Assembly (NCBI GenBank): GCA_036513255.1 | Contig: DATBZH010000037.1 | Coordinates: 15,542-79,541, forward strand | Direction of reading: 5' to 3' | From: Candidatus Sulfotelmatobacter sp. | Lineage (GTDB): Bacteria; Acidobacteriota; Terriglobia; Terriglobales; Acidobacteriaceae | DNA: 64,000 bases | Part shown: positions 54,985 through 64,000 of the stretch, piece after piece | Layout of the letters: every line of letters begins with the position of its first letter | Position numbering within the stretch: position 1 is the stretch's first letter | Program-made: the position numbers and the translations under genes | The notes under the pieces: generated by a model | The model's database searches: none | What the model saw: the letters and a program-made list of their open reading frames with translations, nothing else | What the model was told of the DNA's origin: nothing

Positions 54985-56862
54985 ATGAACATTCTCGATC
55001 TGGTCGTCGGCAAACCTATCAGAACTAGCGACGAACGGGCCGAGCAGATCGGCCCGACGCAAGGTGTTCCGATCTTTGGCCTCGATGGCCTGAGTTCGGC
55101 CGCCTACGGACCGGAAGCCGCGCTTAGCCTTCTGCTTCCGCTGGGCCTTCTGGGCGTTCGTTATATCGTTCCCATCAGCGCGGCGATTATCACGTTATTG
55201 GTGATAGTGTATTTCTCTTATCGCCAGACCATCGCCGCGTATCCTTCGGGCGGCGGCTCGTATACGGTGGCGCGGTTTAATTTAGGAGCGCCAGCCGGTT
55301 TGCTGGCCGCCGCGGCGCTGCTGGCCGACTATATTCTGACCGCGGCTGTGGGGATTTCCGCGGGCGTGGGGGCGCTGGTTTCAGCCGTTCCGTCGCTGCT
55401 GCCGCACACGGTTTCCTTGTGCGTGGGAATTCTGATCGTTATTACGATTCTCAACCTGCGTGGAGTGCGGGAAGCTGGCACCGTGTTCGCGATTCCGACT
55501 TACTTGTTTGTGGGCACGCTGCTCATAACTATTCTTGCGGGGGTTGCGCGGGTGCTGATGAGTGGAGGGCATCCGACTCCGGCATTTGCGTTGCCGCCTC
55601 CGCCGCCGGTAACGGAGGCAGTTGGCTACTGGCTGCTGCTCAAGGTGTTTGCCAGCGGCTGCACGGCTCTGACGGGTGTAGAGGCGGTGAGCAACGGCGT
55701 GAAGGCGTTCAAGGAGCCAACCGTCAAGAACGCACAGCGCACGCTCACCGTAATTATTTTCTTGCTGGCGGTGCTGCTGGCGGGAATCTCTTATCTGGTG
55801 AAGGTGTACGGAATCGCAGCCACCGATCCGGGTAAACCGGGCTATCAGAGCGTGCTTTCGATGCTGACGGCTTCCGTTTTCGGCAAAGGATTTTTTTACT
55901 ATCTTACGATCGGCTCGATTCTGGTAGTGCTGTCTCTCTCGGCCAACACTGCATTTGCCGATTTTCCGCGGCTATGCCGTGCGATCGCCAGCAATAATTA
56001 CCTGCCCCATGCCTTTGGATACCGCGGACGGCGTCTAGTTTATACCTATGGGATTGTCGTGTTGGCGGTGCTATGCGGCGGGGTGCTCATCGCGTTCGGC
56101 GGCGTGACCGACAGACTGATTCCGCTTTATGCGGTGGGCGCGTTTCTGGCCTTTACGCTTTCGCAAGCTGGGATGGTGGTGCACTGGACGAGGAAGCGCG
56201 GGCCGCATTGGTTGAAGAGCGCGATGGTGAATGGCTTGGGCGCTTTCGTTACCGGCATTACGACGCTGGTTGTATTGGTCGCGAAGTTTGTGGAAGGCGC
56301 GTGGATTACGCTTCTGTTTATTCCCGCGACGATTCTTCTGTTTGCGCTGGTACGGCGGCACTATCACTTTGTGACAATGGAAACCGCGTGCAATGAAGCG
56401 GTCAACACAGAGACGCTGGCCCAACCTCCCATTGTGGTGATTGCGTTTGACCGCTGGAGCAAGATCACGTGCCAGGGAATTCAATTTGCCGCGCGCCTTT
56501 CGCCGGAGGTCATAGCGGTACATGTCGAGCCCAGCGAGCATTCCCCAAGGCTCGAAGACGAGTGGGAACGCTACGTGGTGAAAGCTTTCCGGGCAGCAGG
56601 CAAAGAGCCGCCCACGCTGCACATGCTGCCTTCGCCGTATCGCTTTGTCATTATTCCGTTCGTGCAATACGTTCTCGATCTGTCGAAACAATTTCCCAAG
56701 CGGAGCATCGTCGTCGTGATACCGGAATTGGTAGAAGACAAGTGGTATGAATATTTTCTGCATAATCAGCGGGGAAGAATGTTGGAGTGGGTGCTGATGG
56801 CGCGGGGGAATGAACGCATTTTTACGGTGAGCGCGCCTTGGTATATCGGTCACGGACGGTGA
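54985..56862 (+). CDS. APC superfamily permease with C-terminal cytoplasmic domain
   Basis: 625 aa. About 12 TM helices (GLDGLSSAAYGPEAAL start motif) are followed by a soluble tail of about 170 aa. Confidence 0.7.
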   Translation: MNILDLVVGKPIRTSDERAEQIGPTQGVPIFGLDGLSSAAYGPEAALSLLLPLGLLGVRYIVPISAAIITLLVIVYFSYRQTIAAYPSGGGSYTVARFNLGAPAGLLAAAALLADYILTAAVGISAGVGALVSAVPSLLPHTVSLCVGILIVITILNLRGVREAGTVFAIPTYLFVGTLLITILAGVARVLMSGGHPTPAFALPPPPPVTEAVGYWLLLKVFASGCTALTGVEAVSNGVKAFKEPTVKNAQRTLTVIIFLLAVLLAGISYLVKVYGIAATDPGKPGYQSVLSMLTASVFGKGFFYYLTIGSILVVLSLSANTAFADFPRLCRAIASNNYLPHAFGYRGRRLVYTYGIVVLAVLCGGVLIAFGGVTDRLIPLYAVGAFLAFTLSQAGMVVHWTRKRGPHWLKSAMVNGLGAFVTGITTLVVLVAKFVEGAWITLLFIPATILLFALVRRHYHFVTMETACNEAVNTETLAQPPIVVIAFDRWSKITCQGIQFAARLSPEVIAVHVEPSEHSPRLEDEWERYVVKAFRAAGKEPPTLHMLPSPYRFVIIPFVQYVLDLSKQFPKRSIVVVIPELVEDKWYEYFLHNQRGRMLEWVLMARGNERIFTVSAPWYIGHGR

Positions 56863-56899
56863 TTTCAGCTGAATTAGTCGCTCAAGATGGGCCGCAATT

Positions 56900-57289
56900 T
56901 CAAGGAGTGCACATACCGTAGTCCCGAGCAAGACGATCCACGCGAAACCCGCGTCCGGAAGTTACCTTCACTCTATGGCCGCGTAGCGAAAAACGTCGAT
57001 GAGGAGTTACACCCTGCGGCGCGTTTACCAATTCATAGTTGTCGCCGTTCTTCGCAATCAAGCTGAGACCATTACCCGTTTGCTGGATACATCCCGTAAG
57101 CGAAGTGCGGCTGCGATGTATAAAATAAATACCGACCCCGACCCCTGCTGCTACGCCAATTGCCGTTCCGACGATCGCCGCGGCACAATTAGCACAAATT
57201 TGCGATGACGCGCGTGCCGGACGAGAGAACATAGGCAAAATCAGCACGACGCAGCAGAGAACAGAAGTCAAGCGGCTAGATATCTTCAA
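56900..57289 (-). CDS. small secreted/membrane hypothetical protein
   Basis: 129 aa with a signal peptide, one Gly-rich TM segment (AAAIVGTAIGVAAGVGVGIYF) and a short beta-rich tail. Confidence 0.45.
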   Translation of the reverse strand: MKISSRLTSVLCCVVLILPMFSRPARASSQICANCAAAIVGTAIGVAAGVGVGIYFIHRSRTSLTGCIQQTGNGLSLIAKNGDNYELVNAPQGVTPHRRFSLRGHRVKVTSGRGFRVDRLARDYGMCTP

Positions 57290-57574
57290 AGGTGATTGCC
57301 TTCCCGCAGTATTTCTCTAGATTCAAAACCTGAGGCATCATACGCGGATTTTGAGGATAGGAACGTTTTCCCTACTGCGATCGCGGCTGCGCTGTGCTGC
57401 GAATCGCCGCCGGTCCAATCGAGGCATCTGAACGAGCCTCAGCCGTCGCTGACTTAAGTTGTTGTCCAGTCGTCGCAAGGCGGCCGTTACCTAGGTCATC
57501 TTGGGGAAGGTGACGATTCGAGTCAATATAAGCAGAGCACCGGAAGCTGAACGGCTTCTCCAGGATTACTCTGC

Positions 57575-58699
57575 ATGAACATTGACGACCTGCTGCGGAT
57601 TGCCACGGAACGGCGCGCTTCGGACTTGCACCTCAAGGTCGGAAACTATCCTCACCTGCGAGTCGATGGCGAACTGCAACCGCTGACCGACCAGCCGCGC
57701 GTGAGCGCCGAAGACATGCTGACCATGGCGTTCAGCATGATGTCGGCACGGCAGAAGCAAAAATTTAAAGAGACCACGGAAATCGACATGGCTTACGGCG
57801 TAGCCGGGCTGGGACGATTCCGTGTGAACATTTTTCAGCAGCGCGGCAATGTGGGATTGGTGCTGCGCGTTATTCCGACGAAGATTCGCGCGCTGGATGA
57901 GTTGTTTCTGCCCAAAGTAGTCGAGCAAATTTGCGATATGCCGCGCGGGTTGGTGCTGGTGACAGGTGTCACCGGTTCCGGTAAGTCGACGACGCTGGCG
58001 GCGATGGTCGATCGCGTGAATTCCTGCCGCGCCGAACACATCATCACGATTGAAGACCCAATCGAATTCTTGCACCGCGATAAAAAAGGTTACGTCAACC
58101 AGCGCGAGATTCAGGTGGATACGCCTTCGTTCGGAGCGGCGCTGCGAGCTTCTCTGCGTCAGGATCCGGACGTGATTCTGGTGGGCGAAATGCGTGATCT
58201 GGAAACTATCGGCACGGCGCTGCACGCCGCCGAGACCGGCCACATGGTGTTTTCAACATTGCATACGCTGGATGCGGTCGAGACCGTAAATCGCATCATC
58301 TCGGTATTCCCGCCGCCGGAACAAAAACAGATTCGTATGCAGCTTGCGGCTGTGTTACGCGCGATTGTAAGCCAAAGATTAGTCCGGCGCTGCGACGCTG
58401 AAGGCCGCGTGCCCGCCGTCGAAGTGATGATCAACACTGCGTTCATTCGTGAGTGCATTCTGGTGCCGGAGAAGACGCGTTCGATTCGCGACGCAATTGC
58501 AGCCGGAACCTCGCAATATGGCATGCAGACTTTCGATCAGTCGCTGTGGGATTTGTTCCAGGCCGGACTGGTGAATTACGAAACAGCTCTGGAGAACGCT
58601 TCCAACGCCGACGACTTCAAACTGCGCATGCAAGGCATCGCTTCGACCGCGGATATTTCGCGGCAGTCGATGCAAGCGGCGGGATTCAGCGGACGGTAG
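57575..58699 (+). CDS. pilT: type IV pilus retraction ATPase PilT
   Basis: 374 aa. It has Walker A GVTGSGKSTT, an Asp box, Walker B ILVGEMRD and a His box TGHMVFSTLHT. Confidence 0.9.
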   Translation: MNIDDLLRIATERRASDLHLKVGNYPHLRVDGELQPLTDQPRVSAEDMLTMAFSMMSARQKQKFKETTEIDMAYGVAGLGRFRVNIFQQRGNVGLVLRVIPTKIRALDELFLPKVVEQICDMPRGLVLVTGVTGSGKSTTLAAMVDRVNSCRAEHIITIEDPIEFLHRDKKGYVNQREIQVDTPSFGAALRASLRQDPDVILVGEMRDLETIGTALHAAETGHMVFSTLHTLDAVETVNRIISVFPPPEQKQIRMQLAAVLRAIVSQRLVRRCDAEGRVPAVEVMINTAFIRECILVPEKTRSIRDAIAAGTSQYGMQTFDQSLWDLFQAGLVNYETALENASNADDFKLRMQGIASTADISRQSMQAAGFSGR

Positions 58700-58736
58700 A
58701 AGCGGCTTCTGGCTTCCGGCTATCGGCTTCCGGAAG
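58699..58736. repeat. GAAGCCGGAAGC-type palindromic repeat copy
   Basis: GAAGCGGCTTCTGGCTTCCGGCTATCGGCTTCCGGAAG starts at the pilT stop. Confidence 0.5.
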
Positions 58737-58779
58737 AACAAGAAGAGATTGACTGTTGTGTTGAGTAGCCTCCTTGGAT

Positions 58780-58812
58780 GGGCGCACGCCGGTGCGCCCT
58801 TTTTTCTTTTTA
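58780..58812 (+). terminator. rho-independent terminator after pilT
   Basis: Stem GGGCGCAC / GTGCGCCC with loop GCCG, then TTTTTTCTTTTT. Confidence 0.8.
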
Positions 58813-58857
58813 CTCGGTACTAGCCACCCGGTACTCACTTTGCGCTATCGTTAGAAC

Positions 58858-59397
58858 ATGCCGTTCGCCCGTCCCAAGAAGAAGTTCTATTCTGAGGATG
58901 AACTCTACGAATATGCAGTTGGATCGTTGGCCCGGCGCATGCGTACTGTGGCGGAGCTCAAGCGGTTGATGCGGGCGCGCATCGAAGACAGCGATTCCGA
59001 ATATGGACGGACGCTGGTCGAGTTGGTGATTCGCCGCTTAAAAGACCAGGGCTATCTGAACGATTCGCAGTATGCGGCTTCGTATTCTTCATTGCGCCGC
59101 GATAATCAAAAGTTCGGGCGCATGCGCGTGGTTACGGAATTGAAATTGCGCGGTGTGCATGGTGATGTGATCGGTAAAGCCGTGGATACAGCGTTTGAGA
59201 ACGTGAACGAAGAGAAGCAGGCGCGCGACTATTTACGCAAGAAGCGCATGGACAAACCGCAGGGACAAAAAGAAGCGGCGCGCATATTCCGCCGGCTGGC
59301 ACACGCCGGATTCGGCACCAAGACGATAATGACTATTCTGAAGCGCTGGGACGTAGACGACGAAACGTTGACGGCGCTGGAAAGCGAAGCGCCTTAA
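58858..59397 (+). CDS. recX: recombination regulator RecX
   Basis: 179 aa with a three-repeat helical pattern (YAVGSLARRMRTVAELKRLM...YLNDSQYAASY...) typical of RecX. Confidence 0.75.
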   Translation: MPFARPKKKFYSEDELYEYAVGSLARRMRTVAELKRLMRARIEDSDSEYGRTLVELVIRRLKDQGYLNDSQYAASYSSLRRDNQKFGRMRVVTELKLRGVHGDVIGKAVDTAFENVNEEKQARDYLRKKRMDKPQGQKEAARIFRRLAHAGFGTKTIMTILKRWDVDDETLTALESEAP

Positions 59398-59786
59398 GGT
59401 TGCGTGTTATTTTACTTAATACGGAACGGGCCATTTACCCAAAAACACAACGTATCGTGAAGGCTCGCATTTAGCGCTTTTTTTCGTGCGATCTCGTATC
59501 CGTGGTTAACTCCATTGAATTGAACACTGCTGCGTGACCCTTATCCTGGGGCTGGTGAACTTCTCTATTCGTTCGGCTAGTCTCTTCTGACTAGCATCTA
59601 GCCTACCCATACTAATCATGACCTTAGTAACACGCGAGTGCTATCACTAAGGTGCCATTCTTCAATCTGAGCTGGCCGCATAGAATTGCAACAGATGAGG
59701 CTCGGCTTTGGTTGTAGGGAAGCCGGTACTCGGTAGTTGCAACAGACTGGCTTTCTTCCTCCCCGTGGTGCTCCCCCTAAATTTTT

Positions 59787-61091
59787 GTGACCCCATTCTC
59801 CAAGTCCGAGCTTCAGTCTGAAGACGTGCTGCTTGACGGATCGCAGTCCGGACGGAATTCGTCCGTGCAGATCCGGTCGGTTCGGGTTACGCCGGATTCG
59901 GCGCAGTCGCCGACGCTCACCGAGAGCATGCCTGTCTATGATGATGCTGACGACTTAGCTGACGCGGCGGGCGCCAACGCGCTCTGGTCGGAAGTCAATC
60001 GCGAAGAGTTATCCTTGTGGAACAACCTCCTGATGCAGAGCGGCGCATCTCTTTATCAGTATCCATTTTGGAATGAGCCGCAGCGTCCGTTGTGGCTCCG
60101 GCCGCGATATCTCGTGCTTGAAGATCAGGACAAGCTGCTGGCTTACGTTTGCATTCTCACAGTGGGATTTGGTCCGGCAAAGATTGGGTTAGTGTTTCGC
60201 GGGCCGGTGCTGTTGTCGGGACAGAAGAAACTTCCCCAGGAAGCCATGGAGCGATTGCTGGCCTGGACACGCGCTCAGGGTTACATTTTTATTCGCTTCA
60301 CGCACTCGGACGGCGCCGTGTTGAACCAGGTCGCCTCCGCTGGAGACGCGCGCCATCTGGATGCGTTCCCATATTTTCTGGATTATCCGATACTGTCGCC
60401 CGACTATGTAGTCGAGCAGCACGAGAGCGAAGCGGACACGCTGGCGGGTTTTGATCGCGAAGTGCGGCGCAAGATTCGCCGGGCGGTGGAAATGGGATAC
60501 GAGTTCCGCTGCAGCGATTCGCCGGCGGCCCTGGCCGGCTTGTGGCCTCTTTATCAGGAGTGTGCGCGGCGCAAGGGATTCCGTCTGGAGCGTCCGCTTT
60601 CGGTGTATATGGAGGCGATGCGTATGGCGCGTCCCGACGGCGGCGCCCGCCTGTTCGCCGTGTATCTGAAAGGGAAGCCCGTAGGCAGCGCGCTGATTTT
60701 TCGCGACCGTGATACCGCTCACTGCACGCTCGCTGCATTTGCGGAAGAGCACCGGCAGTCCGCGGTTTTCCTGCACTGGAACTGCATGCGCTACATGTAT
60801 GCGCAGGGCGCCACTCGCTATAACCTGGGCCCCGGCCCAGGCACTTTGGCAAGATTCAAAGAGCAGTTTTCCCGGCAAGGTCCGGAATGTCCGGCACCGC
60901 TGACTATGGTCTTGAAAAAAAATTGGTTTCGCTTCTGGATGAAGGCGATATTTCCTGTAGCGAAAAAACTGCGGCCGGCGCTGCGCAGCGCGGTTTCAAA
61001 ATTGGCCGTCGAAGCGAAGCCGCAGGTGAAGCACGTGCCTGGCAGAGTTGCGGCACGTGGAGCATTCACCAGCTTAAAAAGCGTGCGTTAA
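59787..61091 (+). CDS. FemAB-like / GNAT (acetyltransf_6-type) peptidoglycan-bridge or lipid-modifying transferase
   Basis: 434 aa with a GTG start. The central and C-terminal regions resemble FemAB/BioF2-like acyltransferases (FDREVRRKIRRA..., LFAVYLKGKPVGSALIF). The assignment is moderate. Confidence 0.5.
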   Translation: MTPFSKSELQSEDVLLDGSQSGRNSSVQIRSVRVTPDSAQSPTLTESMPVYDDADDLADAAGANALWSEVNREELSLWNNLLMQSGASLYQYPFWNEPQRPLWLRPRYLVLEDQDKLLAYVCILTVGFGPAKIGLVFRGPVLLSGQKKLPQEAMERLLAWTRAQGYIFIRFTHSDGAVLNQVASAGDARHLDAFPYFLDYPILSPDYVVEQHESEADTLAGFDREVRRKIRRAVEMGYEFRCSDSPAALAGLWPLYQECARRKGFRLERPLSVYMEAMRMARPDGGARLFAVYLKGKPVGSALIFRDRDTAHCTLAAFAEEHRQSAVFLHWNCMRYMYAQGATRYNLGPGPGTLARFKEQFSRQGPECPAPLTMVLKKNWFRFWMKAIFPVAKKLRPALRSAVSKLAVEAKPQVKHVPGRVAARGAFTSLKSVR

Positions 61092-61102
61092 AAAAATTCT
61101 TT

Positions 61103-61131
61103 CCGGGAGCCGAAGAACGGAAGCCGGAGGC
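61103..61131. repeat. GAAGCCGGAAGC-type repeat copy with A-rich head
   Basis: AAAAAAATTCTTTCC (61090-61104) is followed by CCGGGAGCCGAAGAACGGAAGCCGGAGGC. The head is nearly identical to 318-332 (AAAAAAATTCTTTACC). Confidence 0.5.
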
Positions 61132-61138
61132 TTGTATC

Positions 61139-61408
61139 TCAATCAATCGATTGCAGTTCTTTTCCCGGTTTAAAGCGCACGGCCTTGCCTGGCGGGATGG
61201 AAACTTCCGCGCCGGTGCGCGGATTGCGGCCGATTCCTGTCTTGCGAGGACGCACGTTGAACACGCCAAATCCTCGCAACTCGATGCGATGGCCGCGAGC
61301 CAATGACTTCTTCATGCTCTCAAAAACAGTTTCCACAGCCAGCTCAGCTTTGGTCTTGGTGATGCCGGTCCTGGCCACCACTTCATTGATGATATCGAGC
61401 TTGATCAC
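61139..61408 (-). CDS. HU/IHF family DNA-binding protein
   Basis: 89 aa. ELRGFGVFNVRPRKTGIGRNPRTGAEVSIPPGKAVRFKPGKEL is the beta-arm signature of HU/IHF. Confidence 0.9.
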   Translation of the reverse strand: MIKLDIINEVVARTGITKTKAELAVETVFESMKKSLARGHRIELRGFGVFNVRPRKTGIGRNPRTGAEVSIPPGKAVRFKPGKELQSID

Positions 61409-61508
61409 GCGAGGCTCCCCGGTTCGGGCTCAGAATAGCCCTTCAAGTGATTGATGCTAAGGGAGATATCAGAGATTGTCAACGGGTGGACCAGCGCCGT
61501 AAACTGGC

Positions 61509-62027
61509 GTGAGTGAGAAACTGCAGCAGTCCGATCGAGGAACTATGAAGAAGGTCTTTCATTTCGACGCTCCACGAGCGAGGTATCACTGCGACGCGGC
61601 TATTTTGTGGTGCTTCGATAACCGTTTTGATATGGGATTTCGCAAGTTTCTCAAGCGTATTGGTGTGGTCAATTCCGATCCCATCAAAGTGGCGGGCGGA
61701 GCCAAGAGCCTCTCTTCTCCCGAGAACGAGAGCGACCGCGGGTTCGTTCTCGAACAGATTCGCATATCGATTCGGCTGCATGGAACGAAGAAAGTGATTC
61801 TGATGGTGCATTCCGATTGCGGCGCATATGGCGGGCTGGACGGCGGTTTCCGCGGCGACGCGAAGGCCGAGGCTACGCATCACGAAAAGGAACTGCGGCG
61901 CGCGGCGGCTGTTTTGCTGGAAGCGATCCCCGGACTGGAGGTGCGTGGGTATTTTGTGGACTTCGAGGGGATTTGGGACGCCGAACTGGGGAGCGAAGCA
62001 AAAGCCGAGGCAGAGGCGGTCGCGTGA
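61509..62027 (+). CDS. hypothetical protein with beta-carbonic-anhydrase-like Cys/His motifs
   Basis: WCFDNRF (C-x-D-x-R) and MVHSDCGAYGG (H-x-x-C-G) are spaced as in beta-class carbonic anhydrases. The start is either the GTG at 61509 or the ATG at 61545. Confidence 0.45.
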   Translation: MSEKLQQSDRGTMKKVFHFDAPRARYHCDAAILWCFDNRFDMGFRKFLKRIGVVNSDPIKVAGGAKSLSSPENESDRGFVLEQIRISIRLHGTKKVILMVHSDCGAYGGLDGGFRGDAKAEATHHEKELRRAAAVLLEAIPGLEVRGYFVDFEGIWDAELGSEAKAEAEAVA

Positions 62028-62043
62028 TGAGTTAAGGAAGGTC

Positions 62044-62120
62044 TGGTAGGCGCGGCAGGATTCGAACCTGCAACCGTCGGATTAGAAATCCGATGCTCTA
62101 TCCGTTTGAGCTACGCGCCC
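62044..62120 (-). tRNA. tRNA-Arg (anticodon UCU), CCA encoded
   Basis: Hand-folded cloverleaf. The acceptor is GGGCGCG/CGCGCCU (G1-U72 wobble). The D arm is GCTC-AAACGGATA-GAGC. The anticodon arm is TCGGA-TTTCTAA-TCCGA, with anticodon TCT at 62086-62084. The T arm is GCAGG-TTCGAAT-CCTGC, followed by discriminator A and CCA. Confidence 0.85.
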
Positions 62121-62513
62121 CTCAATGACTTGCAGCGCCAAAGTATTCGGGTCGCTATTTGTGGCTCTGGATACTCCCAAAGGGGGGCCAACTCCTCGAA
62201 GGTATCATAAGGATTCAGACGACGGCTCATCGACCTTGCCTCGATGCCGGTTTGGTTTTGTGATTGGAACTTTGCCAACGTGCAGACACCGCCTTACAAT
62301 TGAAATCAAACCAGAGTGGCATCCCGCGTAGAGTAAGTACTTTTCCTGATTGGCGCGCGTCTTGCGCTTCTTGTAACCTCTCGACAAGGCAGAGATAGCT
62401 GGCGGCCACGTCCTCTCCGAGGAGTGACTGCACACGGTGGCCCTGACGGGCCTTTGCAGTTTGACCGTTTTGGAAGCCATCCTTGGTCGCCAGCTTTATT
62501 CGAGGAAAGAGAA

Positions 62514-62809
62514 ATGGGCAGTTCAACGGTATTCGGAATCTACCTCAACCTAACGACGCGGAAGCCACTATCACTGCATTAGAGGCAGCGAACTTCACCG
62601 ACGCAGACGTTTCCCTCCTAACTGCCCCAAACATCGAAAATCAGAGTCTCGCTACTCAACGCACAACCAAGGCCCCCGCAGCCACGGCAAGAGGCGCAGA
62701 CAAGAGGAAAGATATTAAGTGGTTGATCGTTTGTGAGGTGCTTTTTGAAGGGGCAGGTGCCGGTCCTCCCAGTGGGCCAACACCTGCATGGGGGCGTCGT
62801 GTCGAGTAG
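62514..62809 (+). pseudogene. frameshifted small Gly-rich stress-protein-like gene
   Basis: A strong RBS (GAGGAAAG) precedes the ATG at 62514. MGSSTVFGIY... stops after 22 codons (TAG at 62580). An overlapping frame (ORF 62483-62809) continues PNDAEATITALEAANFTDADVSLLTAPNIENQSLATQRTTKAP, which reads like the natural continuation of the same protein. Confidence 0.45.
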
Positions 62810-63070
62810 GATTTCAAATTAGAACGCTGTCTTCTTCCTCACAATACGGATTTTCCTGTACGCAAAAGCCGGAAGAATATGGAAACTGTGGAAAGAAAGA
62901 AGGCATCCGTTGTCGTCACAAACATAGGAGCGTACAGCAACGAATAGCATTCATTACGGCTGCAACCCGATAGGCCATAGCGAATGTTAAATCTAATCTC
63001 CCTTTGAACGCTGGATGCTTCCGAAAGCTTCGCGAACGGAGACTGAAGTCCCAGCCAGAAGGAGACTACA

Positions 63071-63772
63071 GTGGCGACTCTCGCAATCTCAAACACATTT
63101 AACGTGCTCCCCATTGCACGGAAAGAAAGCAGCTCCAGTAACAACGACAACCCCGAACTCACGCTTGTTCAGCGCGCTCAACGCGGCGACGAAGAAGCTT
63201 TCTCGATTCTTTTTCAGACGCACAAGAAGCGCGTCTATTCTGTTTGCCTGCTGATGACCAAAGATGTTGCCGAAGCGGAAGATCTGACCCAGGAAGCTTT
63301 CCTGCAAGTGTTCCGCAGTGTCGGAAGTTTTCGTGGTGATTCTGCGTTCTCTACCTGGCTTTATCGCGTGGCAGTGAATACTGTTTTGATGAAACTCCGC
63401 CGGCGAAAAGCGCCGCCGGCTGTGTCGCTGGACGAGCCGGTATCGGCGGAGTCACCATCACTGCGCCGTGACTTCGGGCAGGCGGATCTGCGGTTGTCAG
63501 GCGCCGTCGATCGCATTGCGCTGCGGCGGGCGATCGAAGAACTGCCGGAGGGTTGCCGGAAAATCTTTTCTCTGCATGAAGTCCAGGGCTACCAACATCA
63601 CGAGATCGCGGAGCTATTGCACTGCTCGATTGGGAACTCCAAATCGCAGTTGCACAAAGCCAAGCTTAAAATGCGAGATTTACTCTTTCCCAAGAGGAAG
63701 GCTGTCCGGCGGAAAATGGCGGGACGGTCAACTCCCATCGCTGCATCTGCGCCTGATGGACTGGGACTTTAA
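63071..63772 (+). CDS. ECF-type RNA polymerase sigma-70 family factor
   Basis: AAGGAG lies upstream of the GTG at 63071. Region 2 is EDLTQEAFLQVFRSVGSFRGDSAFSTWLYRVAVN. Region 4 is EVQGYQHHEIAELLHCSIGNSKSQLHKAKLKM. Confidence 0.85.
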   Translation: MATLAISNTFNVLPIARKESSSSNNDNPELTLVQRAQRGDEEAFSILFQTHKKRVYSVCLLMTKDVAEAEDLTQEAFLQVFRSVGSFRGDSAFSTWLYRVAVNTVLMKLRRRKAPPAVSLDEPVSAESPSLRRDFGQADLRLSGAVDRIALRRAIEELPEGCRKIFSLHEVQGYQHHEIAELLHCSIGNSKSQLHKAKLKMRDLLFPKRKAVRRKMAGRSTPIAASAPDGLGL

Positions 63773-64000
63773 GGGGCAAATTACAATTATTGCGATAACA
63801 ATGGCTTCTTCCAGCGTGCCGGTCCCTCCTGGCAAATACAGGATTCACCTTATTCGACGACGCGGCTACAAATGGTAGCGTTTATACGCAAGTGACTGTA
63901 TCCTAGCCACATAAGGTTTGTTCTTGGGCATAATGGCGATACACTGTGACGAGCCTGTTTTTCCCGGGCTCTGGAATCGAGCCGGCAACCGGTCATGACG

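Noticed and set aside
59740-59786. Sigma-54 promoter upstream of the FemAB-like gene (a TGGC is present at about 59748)
   Set aside because: There is no TTGC(A/T) element at the required spacing downstream of the TGGC.
62084-62086. Possible amber-suppressor tRNA (anticodon CUA) on a first reading of the anticodon loop
   Set aside because: With a proper 5-bp anticodon stem (TCGGA/TCCGA), the 7-nt loop is TTTCTAA. Positions 34-36 are therefore TCT (Arg, reads AGA). The CUA reading came from a one-base register error.
62121-62480. Integrated island or integrase next to tRNA-Arg
   Set aside because: No integrase-like ORF is present. I found no second copy of the tRNA 3' half (GGTTCGAATCCTGC...) elsewhere in the window by eye, and the inspection was not exhaustive. 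Only gene decay is supportable.
62990-63070. Autoregulated ECF-type promoter (GGAAC-N16-CGTT-like) upstream of the sigma factor
   Set aside because: Only a loose TGAAC ... TTCG arrangement is present, with ambiguous spacing. This is not good enough to call.
1-64000. CRISPR arrays, rRNA genes, prophage blocks
   Set aside because: No regularly spaced direct repeats with unique spacers were seen, no rRNA-like conserved stretches, and no phage structural or integrase genes.

Overview
This is a GC-rich chromosomal segment. Its gene content and intergenic repeat motifs look Acidobacteriota (Terriglobia-like), which is an inference and not a database result. Most of the window is housekeeping: polA, xseA, glmM, queG, hemE/hemY, recQ, a class A PBP, aspS, pilT, recX, HU/IHF, tRNA-Arg(UCU) and an ECF sigma factor. 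These are interspersed with secreted or hypothetical proteins typical of soil bacteria, including GH3, S9 and M24 peptidases, DUF1579, DUF4440 and a choice-of-anchor-D giant protein. Five items stand out. (1) A 2752-bp IS1595-family element at 49451-52202 has perfect 23-bp terminal inverted repeats and an 8-bp target duplication. It carries a tightly packed cargo operon: a DUF3800-like gene, a small 2-TM protein and a small helical protein. (2) Immediately downstream, aspS continues in frame into a roughly 250-aa non-synthetase C-terminal domain. (3) A LigD phosphoesterase ORF and a LigD ligase ORF are separated only by a frame change at an A10 homopolymer that sits next to a REP-like repeat. 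(4) Several families of short intergenic palindromic repeats overlap gene ends. (5) A mazEF module lies under a perfect 18-bp palindromic operator, and a cdaA-cdaR-glmM c-di-AMP operon is present. No CRISPR array or rRNA was seen. All family assignments are motif-level recognition from memory. No searches were run.
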